A stretch of 64,000 nt of DNA from Cirrosporium novae-zelandiae (taxonomy: Eukaryota). The first letter of the stretch is position 1; each line of letters opens with the position of its first letter. Both the position numbers and the translations under genes were made by a program. Positions 39,720-53,461 of this stretch are shown here, piece by piece. The notes under the pieces are model-generated. The model did no database searches and was not told the origin of the DNA. It was given only the letters and a program-made list of their open reading frames with translations. Location of the stretch: NCBI GenBank assembly GCA_026023565.1, contig JAPETS010000001.1:930001-994000 (forward strand). Direction: 5' to 3'.

Positions 39720-40991
39720 TTAAACAGCTGATCTTGAAGATCCGGCCACCGGTGCTCTGTTACCTTCTCTCCCTTCAAGGACGTCAAGGCATTCGAGCAA
39801 AACTGTCATTTAGTTAGTCCAAATGGCCCTCCCAAAAGGATCTCTGTGAAGTAGAAGTATACCATTCATAATATCTTCTTCCCAAACACCCATTTGATAG
39901 TCCACCATGCCATGCCTCTCCATGTCATCGCACATCCGCACCAGTTCCTTGGCCATTTTTCTGAGGTAATCGGCGGGAATGACAGTTTGCGGTGGTTGGG
40001 GTTGTTGCCCGGATTCTTGCATTTGCGTGGTCAAATCCTTTTGCTTTTGCAGCAGAGCAAGCCAACAAGTGTTAAACTCGTTCCAAAGTTTGATTCGATC
40101 GTCATGGAGGTCTTTTTCGTCTCGAACAAGCCCTTTGTCAGCATTAGCTTCCATGTCGCTGACGTGAAAAGAAAACGTCGAAACTTTACCTAAGTTCAGT
40201 GCGTTGGAAAGAAGCCATTCTGAAATTTGCAACAAGGACTGACTTGCTTCGCTCAGTCTACTAGCTTTGATGCTATCGAACGTCTGCCGCAATGCATCTT
40301 GAAATTGATTGTAGGCGTTGTCATAGTTGGTGCCCTCTTGACCATATTCCTGCTGCTCCAAGACCTCTGATCCAGACATTTGACTGTATTCTGCCATACC
40401 AGTTGCGTAGCTTTGAGGAAGTGAAGATCGACCGAGGGTGCCTTGCTGAGGAAAAGAAGTTGGTTGGAATTGTGAAGTCGGGTACTGCTGTGGAACTGCA
40501 GCTACCCCTGCAGCACTGGATTCACCCGAAGGAAAGTACTGTGGAACGCCAAACTGAGTGGACAACACTTCAATAGCTGCAGATTGCCGTGGCTGGTATT
40601 GCTGCGCAGGTTGGTACGGCGACTGTTGCTGCGTTTGCTGGGCGACATTATACATCATTCCGGGACCATATGGCGAAAATTGTTGCTGTTGCTGTTGCTG
40701 CCGCTGGGTGTCCTGCTGAAGTTCTGGTTGGTATTGCATCGACTGTGGTGTATATTGCGACTGCTCTCCATAGCCCCCATAGGCACCATAACCACTATAA
40801 CCAGAAGGATTACCCGCCCTTTCTCCTGTTGCCGGATTCAACGTTGGGGTCTGCGAAGACACTATGGAAGTTGGTCGGAATCGGTCGGAAGCGCTGCTTC
40901 CTGGATGTCGCAGCGAGGGTTGTCCGATACTTCGGGGTGTTGTATAACTCGAAGAATCAGACTGCCTGGATGGATGGCCGTCTCCATCCAT
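39720..40991 (-). CDS. Uncharacterised fungal protein: Q/S/Y-rich disordered N-terminus and helical C-terminal domain; 3 exons
   Basis: 405-codon ORF; AAIEVLSTQFGVPQY, LLQISEWLL, RIKLWNEFNTCWLA and HGMVDYQMGVWEE look like a conserved domain. In-frame 57-nt intron near 40133-40189; last exon LLECLDVLE...TAA at 39720. Confidence 0.82.
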
Positions 40992-43620
40992 GCCACTGTA
41001 TTGATAACCCTCGGTCGCTCCCCGCAACGTATCGAGAGGGGAGATACGATGCGCCGGGGGCGAGTAAGGCGGGGTCGCGTAGAATGCCAGCTTTCCGACG
41101 AGGAGTGGGACTTGCGGTGGAGGGAAATCTTTTCACGATGCTAACCCACAGAGATGGCGTTGGCGATTGCTAAGAAGTTGGTCGAATGTTCTCGAGGTTG
41201 CTTCGAACGAGTGTTGTTGGTGTCCAGCAGTGTTTGGATCAAGCTTGATCCCGTCGTCGTCAGACACGCTCCCAAGCAATCGAGTGCAGGCAGCAACGCA
41301 GTTGAGACTTACCACAGAGGAAAGATAACAGGTAGAAGAGGATACGAGTGGAGCGCATCGGCGCATACAGATGATGTTAGATACTAGTGGAATGGTTCCC
41401 AAAGAAATAACAGCGAGCATGCGCATCCGTCGCGGCCGGCGCACCAGGGACAACCTAGAAGGAAATGAATAGAAACAACCAGATCTCCTCAGCTGCTTTG
41501 AGGCGCCGAGATGAGGCGTTGAAAAAAAAAAGGCAAAAGTTTGTCTGGACGAAAGTGCGAAACCCGTTTGAGCAGTGGTGAGGAAAGTACGGCCCAAGGA
41601 TTTCCAAATGACGATTGGGTCTTTTTGGACCTCCGATCTCAATGCTTAGAAGATCTCCCGGGCTGATCCTAGACAGAACGGGAGAGGTTGATTCCCACCA
41701 GGATCAGATATTTCTCTCAAAGGTGGCCACTGGTGCGACGAGTGGGTGGTTGCGACCTCGAGTAAGGTGGGGTTGGAGTAAAAAAAAAAAAGAGAGGGCG
41801 TGCAAACAAGGGCTCGATTTTCGCAAACTGAACCAACTCTAGACCACCTTAGACCACCTTAGACCAACTGGACCGACAAAGAGGAGGATCAACAAAACCC
41901 CGATTAGATGGTAAAGAAAGGAATCAAGGGCTGTTTGAGGGAGGGAGGGGGGGTACAGTAAGAGCTTCAACGATGTTGATGTTTGGGGTGGACAATTGGG
42001 GACACTTGAGGCAGAAACAGAGAATGTGGATTGGTCTTCTCTTCAGGTGTAAAAGTCCAAGGCTCTAATAGTTGGATAGTGACGGATCCGGAGGGAATGG
42101 AATAGGTTGGGCATGCCAAATGCCAGGAAGATGCCGGCCATTATGTATGGAGACAAATGATTAACGACAAGACCAGAAAGTAAAAGGGTATTTTTGGAGT
42201 CGGTGGTGCAAAGGGCATCTAAAGGCCATCCATCTTTCCCAGGTCCTTTCCGAGGTACTAGCAGCTAAGCAATTCCTCGCACTTTTTTTACAAGCAGAGT
42301 ACCTCTCATCAAATTTAGACTAATGCCCAATCGTCATCTTTGGGCTGAGGGCTGAAACAGAGGGGAAATCGATCACGACGCAGGGCCAGCAGCGGCCATC
42401 GCGGGCACCAGACGCACCAAACGCACCATTTAACACTAGGACTTTTTACATTAGTACTGTTACCCCAAATACCTAAACCCATCGAGGCCTCTTTTGCCCA
42501 TATTGCCTATATTTTCACACACTGCTTGTCACTGACTGGCTACTTACGCCACACTTACTCCAACTTCCACATCTTCCGCCATCTGCTAATTATCAGGCTA
42601 ACAAAAAAAAGAAAAAGAAAAAAAAAAGAACATTATTCATTTCCTACCCATGAAGAATCTACCCACCTTCTTTCTCTCCTTACAGCAATTCCAGAATAAC
42701 TTCCATCGTCCAAGGAGAATGGTGGGTCCCCCCCCCTAAGAAGATTAGGAAGTTTTTTATTTTATTTTTTTTGTTTTTGTTGAAGGGGGGGGAGTGGGGG
42801 TGAGCGGGATGGGGGGGATGGAGAGTTATTTGCAAATATCAACGTTCAACAATTAGGGTGGGATACCAACAGTATGACAAACAATGGTATTGTGTACTTA
42901 CTTTTCTTTCCAACTTGTTGGCACCATGTCATGGCAATTCATGGCATTTCACTTTCCGTGGACCGAATACCGGGTCTCCTCTACTTGATGATTGGGGAAC
43001 CTCAGCAAATGAACAATCCAATTGGAGTAGGGGCCATTTCAGAAACTTGGATTCAATTGGAACCATGCTGTTTAGCAGCGATCCATGGATAGTTAGGTAA
43101 GATGAGATGGGACCAAGTGGAAGGTATTAGGGGCAAGTTTGTGCCGAGCCATGTTCGGTACTTTTCTCATACAAGTTAGGTACTTCAATACAGAATACAA
43201 GAGGAGCGGGAATATCTAACCTAAAGAACTCGTATAATTGTTCCGAACCAACACAAAGGGATTTTCTTCTGGGATCAAGTATTTAATTAGAGTCGATGTA
43301 GATTAAAAGCCACCATAGCCAAATACAGTCAGAATGAATAGAATTGTTTCTTTTTTTTTCTCCTGTTCATTTGAATAATAGATAGCTCTCTCGAAGGAGG
43401 GGGGAGGAGGAGTAGAAGGAGGAGAAGGGCAGGTATCCGTACATCCTGTACCCAGAACCTGGAATTGATTACGGTAGCATCTAGTAGCATCTTAAGGTTG
43501 GCTGATAATGACAGGCATTTCCATCCATTCCATCCATTCCATCCATTCTACTCACATTCCATCCCATGTTGTTGTAAGGCTTAAACGACGCTTAAAGACC
43601 AGAAGGGTTAAGCGGCAGAA

Positions 43621-43690
43621 CCAGTCAAACCCAGTCAAACCCAGTTGAACCAAGTTAAACCAAGTTAAACCAAGTTAAACCCGGTCAAAA
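43621..43690. repeat. 10-bp tandem array (CCAGTCAAAC/CAAGTTAAAC, 7 units)
   Basis: Read directly. Confidence 0.85.
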
Positions 43691-46600
43691 CCCACTCGCG
43701 ACAAGTCGCCTAGAGCAGATAGGCGCCAGAACAATATCAACCAATGATAAAGTCTAATGAGCCACAAGTTAAAAAAAACCCCCCCAAGTGGCTTTAGATG
43801 GGGCCAACCGAGAAGTTAAAAAGGCTTTTTTAGTTTCCAGAATGATTGACAAAATAAATTACAAGAATATTTGATTTTTTTGATTTGTTTTCCCTTCCTC
43901 AACTGTTTAGTTAGTCTACCTTATCCACATCTAACCTTCTCAAACCTACCGGATGGAGTGAAGAAGATGAAGGAGAAAAAGAAGAAAAAAAAAACATCTG
44001 CATTCTTCCGTAGCTGTTTGTCAATAATCATCTCCTTTCGGCCAGATACATATGTCTAAATGATGATGACTCTCATATGATATATTATATTATCTACTGC
44101 TGATGCGGATTGAGGCAGTGCACACAGGTGCAGTTGTGTGTGGTAGAGTCATATGCGGACTTTTTAGTTTTCGGGTAACTAGTAAATTATTTATTTCTTC
44201 ATACAAGTTAAATACAATTGAATACGATCAAGTATAACAAAAATCATGTCGATGCCCTCCTTGCTGATGGTAGGCAATGGGAGATTGGAAGTCACAGTAA
44301 CCTTTAGTAACCTTTAGATGCAGGTACGCTACTTTCATACAGTTGGTCATACGAGAGGTGGTAACAACTACTAGACAAGTAGCCAAGTAGCTAAGTCCCT
44401 TACCTTAGGTCAGGTTAGTCTAGGTATTCATGGTACCTAGGTAGGTAATTAAACAGACCAGTTACAATTGCTATCCCCCCCCTTTGCTCCACTCTTAAAC
44501 CACACATTCTACAGTACACCAAATCCCGATCCGAAAATCTCATCCATGATCCTACTAATTTCTGCTGCCGACCCGGATGAGGCTATTTAGCAGCAGCAGG
44601 TTGTGCAAGTCATCCCATCGGCGAATGCGGCCGGTCGGACTCCCTCGACAGTTCTAGTATTGCCCCGTCTATTTTGTTTATCTGGTTGGTGTATCTAACC
44701 CAGCCCTGCCGAGTAATGGCGGATGATATTAATTAAATGACTGAGATCCAAATGCAGGTCCCAAAACTCTAGGTAAGGCGTTCTTTCCCTTCCTTCCAAG
44801 GCTGGTAGATCTTCAATTCACAAGAAGATTTGGTGGCCAGTGGTCACCGAACCACCAAGCAATTAATCATCCATCCGCCCAATTTATTGTCCAGATTGTC
44901 GCTTTTTCGCTTTTCGCTACAAGCCTACGGCTATTGTGGAAAGGGTAAGAACATGCAGGCGACCAGGCCCTTGGAACCTTTGCGAGAAATTGCTAATGTG
45001 TCAGGAATCAAAAGAATATATCATTAGTTGTATGGGGGGTCAGTTTAGACCCATGATCGTTTTACATTTTTACACTTTTAACATCTATCATTTTGTCTTC
45101 TGGCCGTCTTCAGCGCCCTCTAAGGTCCTCGAAACGGTAACTTCTCACCTTTCTTACTGTGGGGAAACCTTTTTTTCGCCCTGCGAGGCTATAGTTTTTC
45201 GAATTACCCAGTAACTAATACTTGGTCACTGCTTCTTTTCTCCACCAGCGCCATCGGTTAGCTCTTAGGAATACATCTCGCTTAAGAAACAACTACGACA
45301 TGAGCTAGTCAGGTAGCCATCTCTTAGCTGATCTATCTCACTTTTGAAAACTTCTTACAAATCCATTTGGTGGTTGGGAAAAGAGAGGAAGAGTGGGGGG
45401 AGGGGAAGGGGGAGGGTGTTCCACAAATGAGTATTATGTTTAGTTTCAGATTCATGTCGCAACTGGAGTGTCACCGATATTCTTAGTTACCGACCCTCGT
45501 CGAGTCCTTAACTTACAGTATTCAAGTCTCAAAGTACGAAAAGTATTATCAGAACCAAGGCTATTTTACTAGCTATCACTAGCTATCACGTAGAAGCTAA
45601 CTAATAATTCCCGGCTTCAACTTAAAGCTCGGTAATTCGCATCATCTTGCCTTGAAAATCGGCTGTCGTTGACTGGCTGTTGATAAAGTTTCAATGTCCC
45701 TAACGCTTTTCGACAACCGTTTGAACTTGTGATCGACGGATGCACCTTAAAGTCGGCACTCAATCTTGGCAACTTTGGTGCAAGCTTCAAAAATTCAGGA
45801 GTCATTAACTAATGTGCCCAGTGATACCCCCTCCCAAGAAAAGAAGCTTGGGGTGAGGAGTCAATCCGACTGTTTCTGACGATCTGGCTTTCCCAGGATA
45901 TGAAGATTCGAAGGAACGCCGGCTCCTTGCGACATTCAGATCGGCAATGAACCTCAGTACGCTGATCTTTCTAAACCGCCTCACACCTAGCCTCACCTCC
46001 AAACTTGAATGCTTGTCTTTTCAGTTGTTATCAGAAATGTCCCACAGCCAACCAATCAATAGTCGAGTTTACTTGGATGCTGCCGAAAATAACAAACAAT
46101 ATTTCATTGTTTTTACTGTGCTACAGGATAGATAATTTGATAGTCTCGGCAAACAGAGCTCGAGGACCTGCTCATGACGCAACCTCAAAAGCCAAGGCGA
46201 TATAGCTTCAACAGTTTCCCAACAACGAAGTTTATTCTTTACAATTAATGTATGCCAGCTGGTCACGCATAACTTAGTTTTTTTTGTCCTTATTCAAAAG
46301 TTGGATAGCGTTGGAACCTGCCACATCATACGACTGACAATTGTGACTTTTGAAATTGTGGCTTCGAATTCTCTCTGAACGGCTTCATGGTGCTTTGATG
46401 GTACTGGTACTTGCGGCCACTACCCAAAAGCAACGAGACGTCTCAAAGTTTGCAAAAGGTGCTGAGAGGTGCATCCACCAGTAACGAGTTAACGACACAA
46501 CGTGGTAGAAAGCAAATATGATGTTGAGTTCTGGTTGGTGTGAATGATCTCTCAAAATGGCAGTTCGTGATTTTAGAATTTCCATGCAATTTCCGGGGGG

Positions 46601-48135
46601 GGGCCTAATTTGGGTTTTGAGTCTTTTTCGACGCCCAACATAGATGCCTCTGAAGATATCCAAGACTCAGGAGGAAGGAAAGGCTGGAGGAGAGAATAGG
46701 ATGTCACCCGGAACGTTTCATTGAAAGTCTTGGCCGGCCCCTGCATTACCGCTAAAACAATTTCCCAACCTCTTTTGGGACCCTATCCACCTTCTAGTCG
46801 ACTTCTAACACCTTCTTCGTGTCTTCCATCAACCGCTTCTAGAAGATCTTTAATTTCCCACCAAACTGGTCCGCACTTCAGGTTACGACAGAACTAGCTA
46901 CACTCGTACATAGCGTTATTCCACTCTTCCATTATACTGCTTCTATGGAGCTTCGAGAAGCATTTCGGCCTTTCACGGACCACCTGGTTGCTGATTTCTC
47001 GAAAAATGACGACGCCGATATACACTATTCATGAGCTACTACTCCGCCATTATCAAGGTCTCTTGTACTCCATCACTACCATCAGATGATATATTATCAA
47101 TTATCTGCAGGCTAAAGGGGCACAGCTAAACCCCACCAGAATACACCGTAGGAAGGGCAAGGTATTATCCCCTACCTATCCGTTGCATCCTCCCATGGTA
47201 GATATTCCAAATCCCGAGGAAGATAGGAGAAGCGACAAACTCCCTACTTCGTATTACCTCCCAGTCTACTCGAGAAAGGATGCAGTTTCTCCACTCGCGA
47301 GATTGCAATAGCATTTAGCTACAAGTCATCCGACTTTAATCAAGTATCCCGCAAACCCATGTTCAAGGAAATATGACTTTTTCTGTTCATCACTGCCATC
47401 GTAGCTCGTATCATCGGCGTTTACATTTTGAAATATTTTTTTAGGATGAATCACGACAAGTATACTTAGGGTTACGACATCAGCAACTTAATGCCAATTT
47501 ACATTTATCGGTCCTACTTTTTAAACAAGCAAACGTGAAAGTATATAAATTCCAAAACGTGGTGAAAATTAGTTGCCTTGTTCAACTTGAAACCCTCTTA
47601 GTCTCAGGAAAAATATCTTATCGTTGATGAAATTTGTGTCTTAGAGAACAACCTATGATACCCAACAGCGCCAACAGACACATCCTTGGATGAAAATCCT
47701 CTAATGGATCGCTTCAATAGCTTGCAGTTAAGCTTACAGTTAAAAATATCCAGGAGATATGAGCCTGTGTCTATCATTGACAACAGCGAACGGATGCTGA
47801 TCTGCATGAGATTGGGCCAAGTATCAGTCTTAGGCTGGTTAACAAAAATAGTGTCTGGTACTCGTCATTTATACTAGGCATGCCTACCAGCAAAATGCGT
47901 GTTGGGGAAGATAAACGTTCCAAGAGCTATCTACATTCCCACCTGGCACATTAGGAGAGCTTTGAGGCAAATCTGGTAACCCTTTTACCATCTGAAGTGT
48001 CCTATCGTCTAGCTTGGACGCAATGAAAGCTTTTCTTAATAGTCGTACAAGACATGAAATCGCTACCCGCTTGACTACTTCAGTGATGTACAGGAAACCG
48101 ATATTCTTATTCGAATAAAAGGATAGGTATATATT

Positions 48136-49246
48136 TCATCTCTTGGTCCAGGTTGGCATCTTTCTCGCCTTAACATGACCTGGCTTCTTCCTTTCCACCC
48201 GACGCGGGTCTCTTGTCACACAGCCAGCTAATTGAAGGTATGGTTAGCGAAGCTCATGAGATTCTTACGATGAAAACAATGGTGCGAATTGCAACGGTAT
48301 CCGAGAGAAAAACATGCCAATGAAGAGCAGGCGAAAATTGAGGGTTAAAAACAGTTACGATGTCTAACTTACCCTTCCGAAGAGCTGGCTTCAATGCAGG
48401 TTCATGAACCATCAGTGCCTTCGCAACTGCCAATGTCAGTGCCTCCGCCTGACCTGTTAAACCACCTCCATTTACTAGAGCCCAGATATTATATTTATCC
48501 GCTCTTTGCGTAGACGAAAGGGCCCATGTGACGCTTTCCCGATCATGTAATCTTGGAAAAGCAACAGCCAAATTCTTGCCGTTGATCAAGACCTCGCCCT
48601 CCCCTTCTACTACCCACGCCCTTGCAGTGGATGATTTCCTTCTCCCAACACCCAGTGCTCTGCCATATACATCCACCGTCGGGAGATTGGGCTGTTTGTT
48701 GTATGGATCGCCAGGTCTCTTGTAAAGGTTTAAAGCATCCTTAACTTGCTTTGGCATGAGACCTGGATGTATAGTACTCAACCTTTGTAGCACCTTGAGG
48801 ACCTTTTTCCACTTGTTTGTATTGATAGATTCACCAGTAAGTGTGGCATACTGGGGTGCTTTGATCCATGCGATACGCGGAACATCTGCAGAACTGACTA
48901 GCGGTAGTGTTTCATATTTCCGTAGTAGAGTCTCTAATGCCAAAAGCCTATCGTTATGGTTTGGATACGCACTGAAGTACGATGGAGAGGCAGGGACGAT
49001 TCGCGCATATTTAGGTGCCGATTCCGACTTTTGGGGGAGCTTCGAGAAGTCTATCTCTTCAGCAGGAATAATCTCACCAGCATCGGTAACTTCCCGTCGG
49101 CAGAAGGAGGATGACGAGAAAGGTCGAGGAGTGAGAGGAGTGTTTTGGTTGACTCGAGAAACCACAGACTGTGTGCTACTGCGACAGCGTAGACAGGAGG
49201 ATCGGGCTAACCGTTGCAGACAATTGGTCTGCCATGCTGCGTTCAT
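48136..49246 (-). CDS. MRPS9: Mitochondrial small-subunit ribosomal protein uS9m; 2 exons (intron 48372-48228)
   Basis: Arg/Ser-rich presequence; [21 protein letters not shown] and spliced [30 protein letters not shown]. Confidence 0.95.
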
Positions 49247-49539
49247 GATGATGAACAATACAACAGTCCCTACTGTTGCGGCAATGTGCTGCCACCAATT
49301 GATATCGGATGTTCGGACTGTGGGAGTTTAGGGATGTTGTCTTGATTTTCGGACAGAGAGTAGAGGAATGGCAGAATTTGAGGTCCTGATTGGCCGCTTA
49401 TGTAATGTGTGCAGGAACTTAATTCCCACAGCCCACTTTATCGTTACCTTGTGAGTCTTTGAAAAAAAAAAACCACTCCACATTAAAACCCATCTCTTTC
49501 TCTACTTCTTCTTCAAATTGTGAGAGATAGATCTCAATT

Positions 49540-51059
49540 ATGTCTTTCGGAAAGCTCTATACGTTCCTAGAGAACGCACGCTCAACGGCTATCATTGCTG
49601 TTGCCAAGGAGAATGGCCTTGACCTAGAGATAGTGAAAACTGCCCCCGCTGAAGGTGTCGACGCTGAATATCGCAAGCTCAACCCTCTAGGTAAAGTCCC
49701 CACCTTTGTTGGTGCCAATGGATTCCTCCTGACTGAATGCATCGCTATTGCCGTCTACAGTAAGTTATTTTTTACCCTTTAAATATTGCCAGGCAGTAAT
49801 ATCCTCTTGGGAGCCTACCTTTTGAACACCACCCATTTTTATTATAATGATGAGATATATTATCAATTTCAGTTATCCCTGTCTGAAATATCATGTTGAG
49901 AAACTCGAACTCTGAACACTCAATATTACATCTTTGAACAACAACCATCCAATATCATATCAGATCAATCTAACGTCACGTTTAGTCACCTCCCAAAACG
50001 AGAAGACCACCCTTCTTGGAAAAACTAAGCAAGACTATGCCTCTATCCTCCGATGGATGTCTTTCGCCAACAGCGAATGCCTACCATCCATCGGCGGGTT
50101 CTTCCTTCCCATCGTTGGCCGTAGTCCCTACAACAAGAAGAATGTTGAAGACTCTGCCAAGAAGACCAATGAAGCTATGAAAGTCATGGAAACTCACCTT
50201 ACTTCAAACACATTCCTTGTTGGTGAGCGTCCAACTCTTGCCGACTACTTTGTTGTTGGTTTAATCAAGCGTGGATTCGACTACTTGTTCGATAAGAAAT
50301 GGCGTGAGGATTTCCCTGCTGTGACTCGTTGGTTCGAGACTGTTTACAATCAGCCTCTATACTCTTCGAGCGCACCCCCATTCAAATTTATTGATGAAGC
50401 TATCAAGTATACCCCACCAAAGAAGGAAAAGAAGCACGAGGAGAAGAAAAAGGAACAGCCAAAGCCCAAAAAGGAAGAAGAGGAAGAGGAAGAGGACAAG
50501 CCTGCGCCAAAGCCCAAGCATCCTCTTGAAGCTCTTCCAAGACCAACCTTGGTTCTTGATGACTGGAAGCGCAAATATTCTAATGAGGAGACTCGGGAGG
50601 TTGCCCTTCCATGGTTCTGGGAGAACTACAAACCAGAGGAATACTCTCTGTGGCGCCTTGACTACAAATACAACGATGAGCTTACCCTTACCTTTATGAG
50701 CTCCAATCTGATTGGTATGTTATCTCACACTCACATGTGGTGGAATTAAACTTAACTAACTCTCCACTACAGGTGGTTTCTTTGCTAGGTTGGAAGCCTC
50801 CCGCAAATACATCTTCGGCTGTGCCTCGGTGTACGGCACATCCAATGACTCTATCATCCAAGGTGCTTTCGTTATCCGTGGTGATGATGCCGTTCCAGCT
50901 TTCGATGTCGCTCCCGACTTCGAAAGCTATTCCTTCACCAAGCTCGATCACACTAAGGAGGAGGACCGGGAATTCATTAACGACCAGTGGTCCTGGGACA
51001 AGCCTATCGTTGTTGAAGGCAAGACTTATGAGTTTGCTGACGGTAAAGTCTTCAAATAG
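49540..51059 (+). CDS. TEF4: Translation elongation factor 1B gamma (GST-N, GST-C and EF1G domains); 3 exons
   Basis: LNPLGKVPTF, LTECIAIA, KPKHPLEAL, WKRKYSN, FMSSNLIG|GFFARLEASRKY and ADGKVFK motifs. Confidence 0.95.
49847..49915 (+). ncRNA. snR38: Intronic box C/D snoRNA, snR38 homolog
   Basis: Box C ATGATGA at 49847; guide CAGTTATCCCTGT (49870-49882) complementary to LSU rRNA ACAGGGAUAACUG; D' CTGA 49883, C' ATGTTGA 49893, D CTGA 49912. It sits in the eEF1B-gamma intron, as yeast snR38 does in TEF4. Confidence 0.9.
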
Positions 51060-51846
51060 ATGTATGTGATGACAGAAGGGCTTGATGACACGATTTCTTT
51101 CTTATTCTCAGCGATGATAATCATGTGGTATGGTATGGTTAGACGCACGCTAGCGTGCGCGCACATGAATGAATAGCGTCAATATGATTGATTATGAAAA
51201 ATGAGTGCTGTAGATACCATTTCTTTTCATTTAGAATTAAAAGTAGACGAGGAAGAAGATTCCAATCCAAGGCAAAATCCAATACTGAATTGAGAGCTCA
51301 ACTATTACTAAATATTTTACTGGGCACCCTCCTGAACACTCTTTTAAACACCCTACTTAGGGCTCTTATATTGATGATAGTAAAAAAAATTGTGATATAA
51401 CGAACCACTAGGCAGACCGATGCCAGTACTTAGGCTAGCTCCGTTGTTGGAAAGCTGGAGTTCAATATGCATATATGTAACCCCAACTCTTCTAAATTCT
51501 AGAATGATATCGGCCTCGCCATTTTCGCAATCTCCTCTCACTTCAATTGGGCCAGCTCTCTAGACCATTTAGAGGAGGGATGTTTGGCCTTGTAGCTAAA
51601 ATGTACGGCGGGTGCCTCGAGACAGGTATCTAAGTTCATTCATATCAATCATCATAACACTCCCCCTGATATACTAGATGCAATTGCCGGTCAGAGGTCG
51701 AGCGAGGTGCAAGAAGCCCCTTCTTCATAATTCCTAAGAATCTGACCCATAATTCTTACGTACCCAAGTTTGACCTAGGCATGAATGCGATGTGATCCCC
51801 TCGATAGATATTGAGTACTCTTGTGCACGTAGAGTATTACTATCAA

Positions 51847-52836
51847 TCATCTCGCATCCCCCACCCCTCTCCTTTCCCTGGGCATATTCTTCCTCTCTTT
51901 CCCGGCCCTCCTCTTCCTTCTTTTTTCCAATACCTTATCCACTTGGCCTCCCTTCATACCCTTGAATCTTTCTACTAGTGCTAACTTCTTGATCTCCTTC
52001 TCCTTTAAATAATAAGGATTCTTCCCTTCCTTCACAGCCTCTCTCTCCTTCTTCCTATGCTCTTTCAGGACCTTTCTCTCCCGCTCCTTCGCCGCCTCTG
52101 CCAGCGCCCGACTCTCTATACGCTTAATTACGAGCTGGAGACTCTCGCGCTCGGATGGATCACGAGTGGTTCTGAGGGTAGATTTTAGCGTCGAGAGTTC
52201 AGAAGAGCGGTAGGTTGAGAGGAAAGAGTAGTTGGAGGCAAGCTTTTGGTCGTTGAGGGGACCGCAGAGAGGGTTAAATCGAGGGTCTTGAGGATGAGCT
52301 GTCGCACTTTGGTCGATAACTTTACGGCGACGGGAAACGGGGTATTTAGAGGATTGTTCGACGGGTGCATGTCTAGAGCCGCGGTGGTGAAGGTGGTGAG
52401 AGGAGTTGGTTTGTGAGAAAGCGGGCGGTTTCGAGGTTGAGGTAGGGTTCTTTTTGAAGGCTTGGAGGCGTTCACGGAGCTCTGAGAGTTTCTCTGGGTC
52501 GTGGGTGGAAGATGAGCGTTTACGCTTTCCTATACTTTGCTGGGCTGCAGCAAGAGCACCAAAGGAAATATTTTTTAGGGAACTAGTATAGCCATGCTCT
52601 TCTTTTTCTTCTTCTTCTTCTTCTTCTTCTTCTTCTTCATCCATTGCAGAGTTTGAATGGGTATTTTCTTCTACACTATTGCCATTGTTGGAGAAATCAT
52701 CACTGGAGATCGAGGCGGAAGTTTGGTTGGAGTTGTCAGAAGCGTTGGATTCATTACCATCGGATAAACTTAGTTCTTCGTCATTGAATTCTTTATGAGG
52801 TCGTACCCGCTTGTTGAGGGCGTCTAACAAGGCCAT
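51847..52836 (-). CDS. RRP36: rRNA biogenesis protein Rrp36
   Basis: ISFGALAAAQ, HAPVEQSSKYPVSRRR, DPRF, YSFLSTYRSSE, GKNPYYLK and KRRKRRAGKERKNMP motifs. Confidence 0.92.
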   Translation of the reverse strand: MALLDALNKRVRPHKEFNDEELSLSDGNESNASDNSNQTSASISSDDFSNNGNSVEENTHSNSAMDEEEEEEEEEEEKEEHGYTSSLKNISFGALAAAQQSIGKRKRSSSTHDPEKLSELRERLQAFKKNPTSTSKPPAFSQTNSSHHLHHRGSRHAPVEQSSKYPVSRRRKVIDQSATAHPQDPRFNPLCGPLNDQKLASNYSFLSTYRSSELSTLKSTLRTTRDPSERESLQLVIKRIESRALAEAAKERERKVLKEHRKKEREAVKEGKNPYYLKEKEIKKLALVERFKGMKGGQVDKVLEKRRKRRAGKERKNMPRERRGVGDAR

Positions 52837-53461
52837 AATGGTGGAGTATGGGTTGAACTATCACGTTGGACGGTGTTGGAAAATAGATTCTGCCGCTCAA
52901 AAAAAAAGAAGTTAGATAAAGTTTGCGGGGAACTTTCAAGGATGAAAGCGAAGAGTGACATTACAATATGTCCTTCAAACAAATCAGGTTATTCAATTTA
53001 CATCGAATTTTGTTCAATTTTGGAGTTTGCTCTTTAGAATTTAAAGAGTTCTTCAGGCAAAATCAGGTTCTAATTCAAGTACTCACTGAGGGGGCGTAAT
53101 GGAAATATGTGGATATATAACTAGGTACCTAGGTACTTACTATAGCGTCACTTTTCTAGTCCTACCTTTATTTATGCTCGCAACAATTCATTATTTTCGG
53201 GAAAGTATCATCCAAACAATAAGACCATTACTAGTAGACAATACTCACACTTTTGTCTGTACATGCTAAGTGAATGTATGTCCCACGCTTCTACCTATCA
53301 AAGTACCTTCTTAAGAACAGGATCTTAACTTCTAACACATCCTTTCACAAAAATCTTTCTCCGTATGACTTTCAAGTGAATATACCTTACTCTCGACTCT
53401 GAACATAACCATAAGACTTACTAACCCATCTACTCTCTTCCAGCGACCAATACAACTGAGC

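Noticed and set aside
40584..41173. 186-aa and 194-aa + strand ORFs
   Set aside because: Antisense to the Gln-rich exon; CAG/CAA codons suppress stops on the opposite strand.
43621..43690. CRISPR-like array
   Set aside because: Contiguous 10-bp tandem units with no spacers, in a eukaryotic genome.
47466..47474. TAACCCTAA on the minus strand as a telomerase RNA template
   Set aside because: A single 9-mer is expected by chance at this window size; no pseudoknot, CR4/5 or Sm site was identified.
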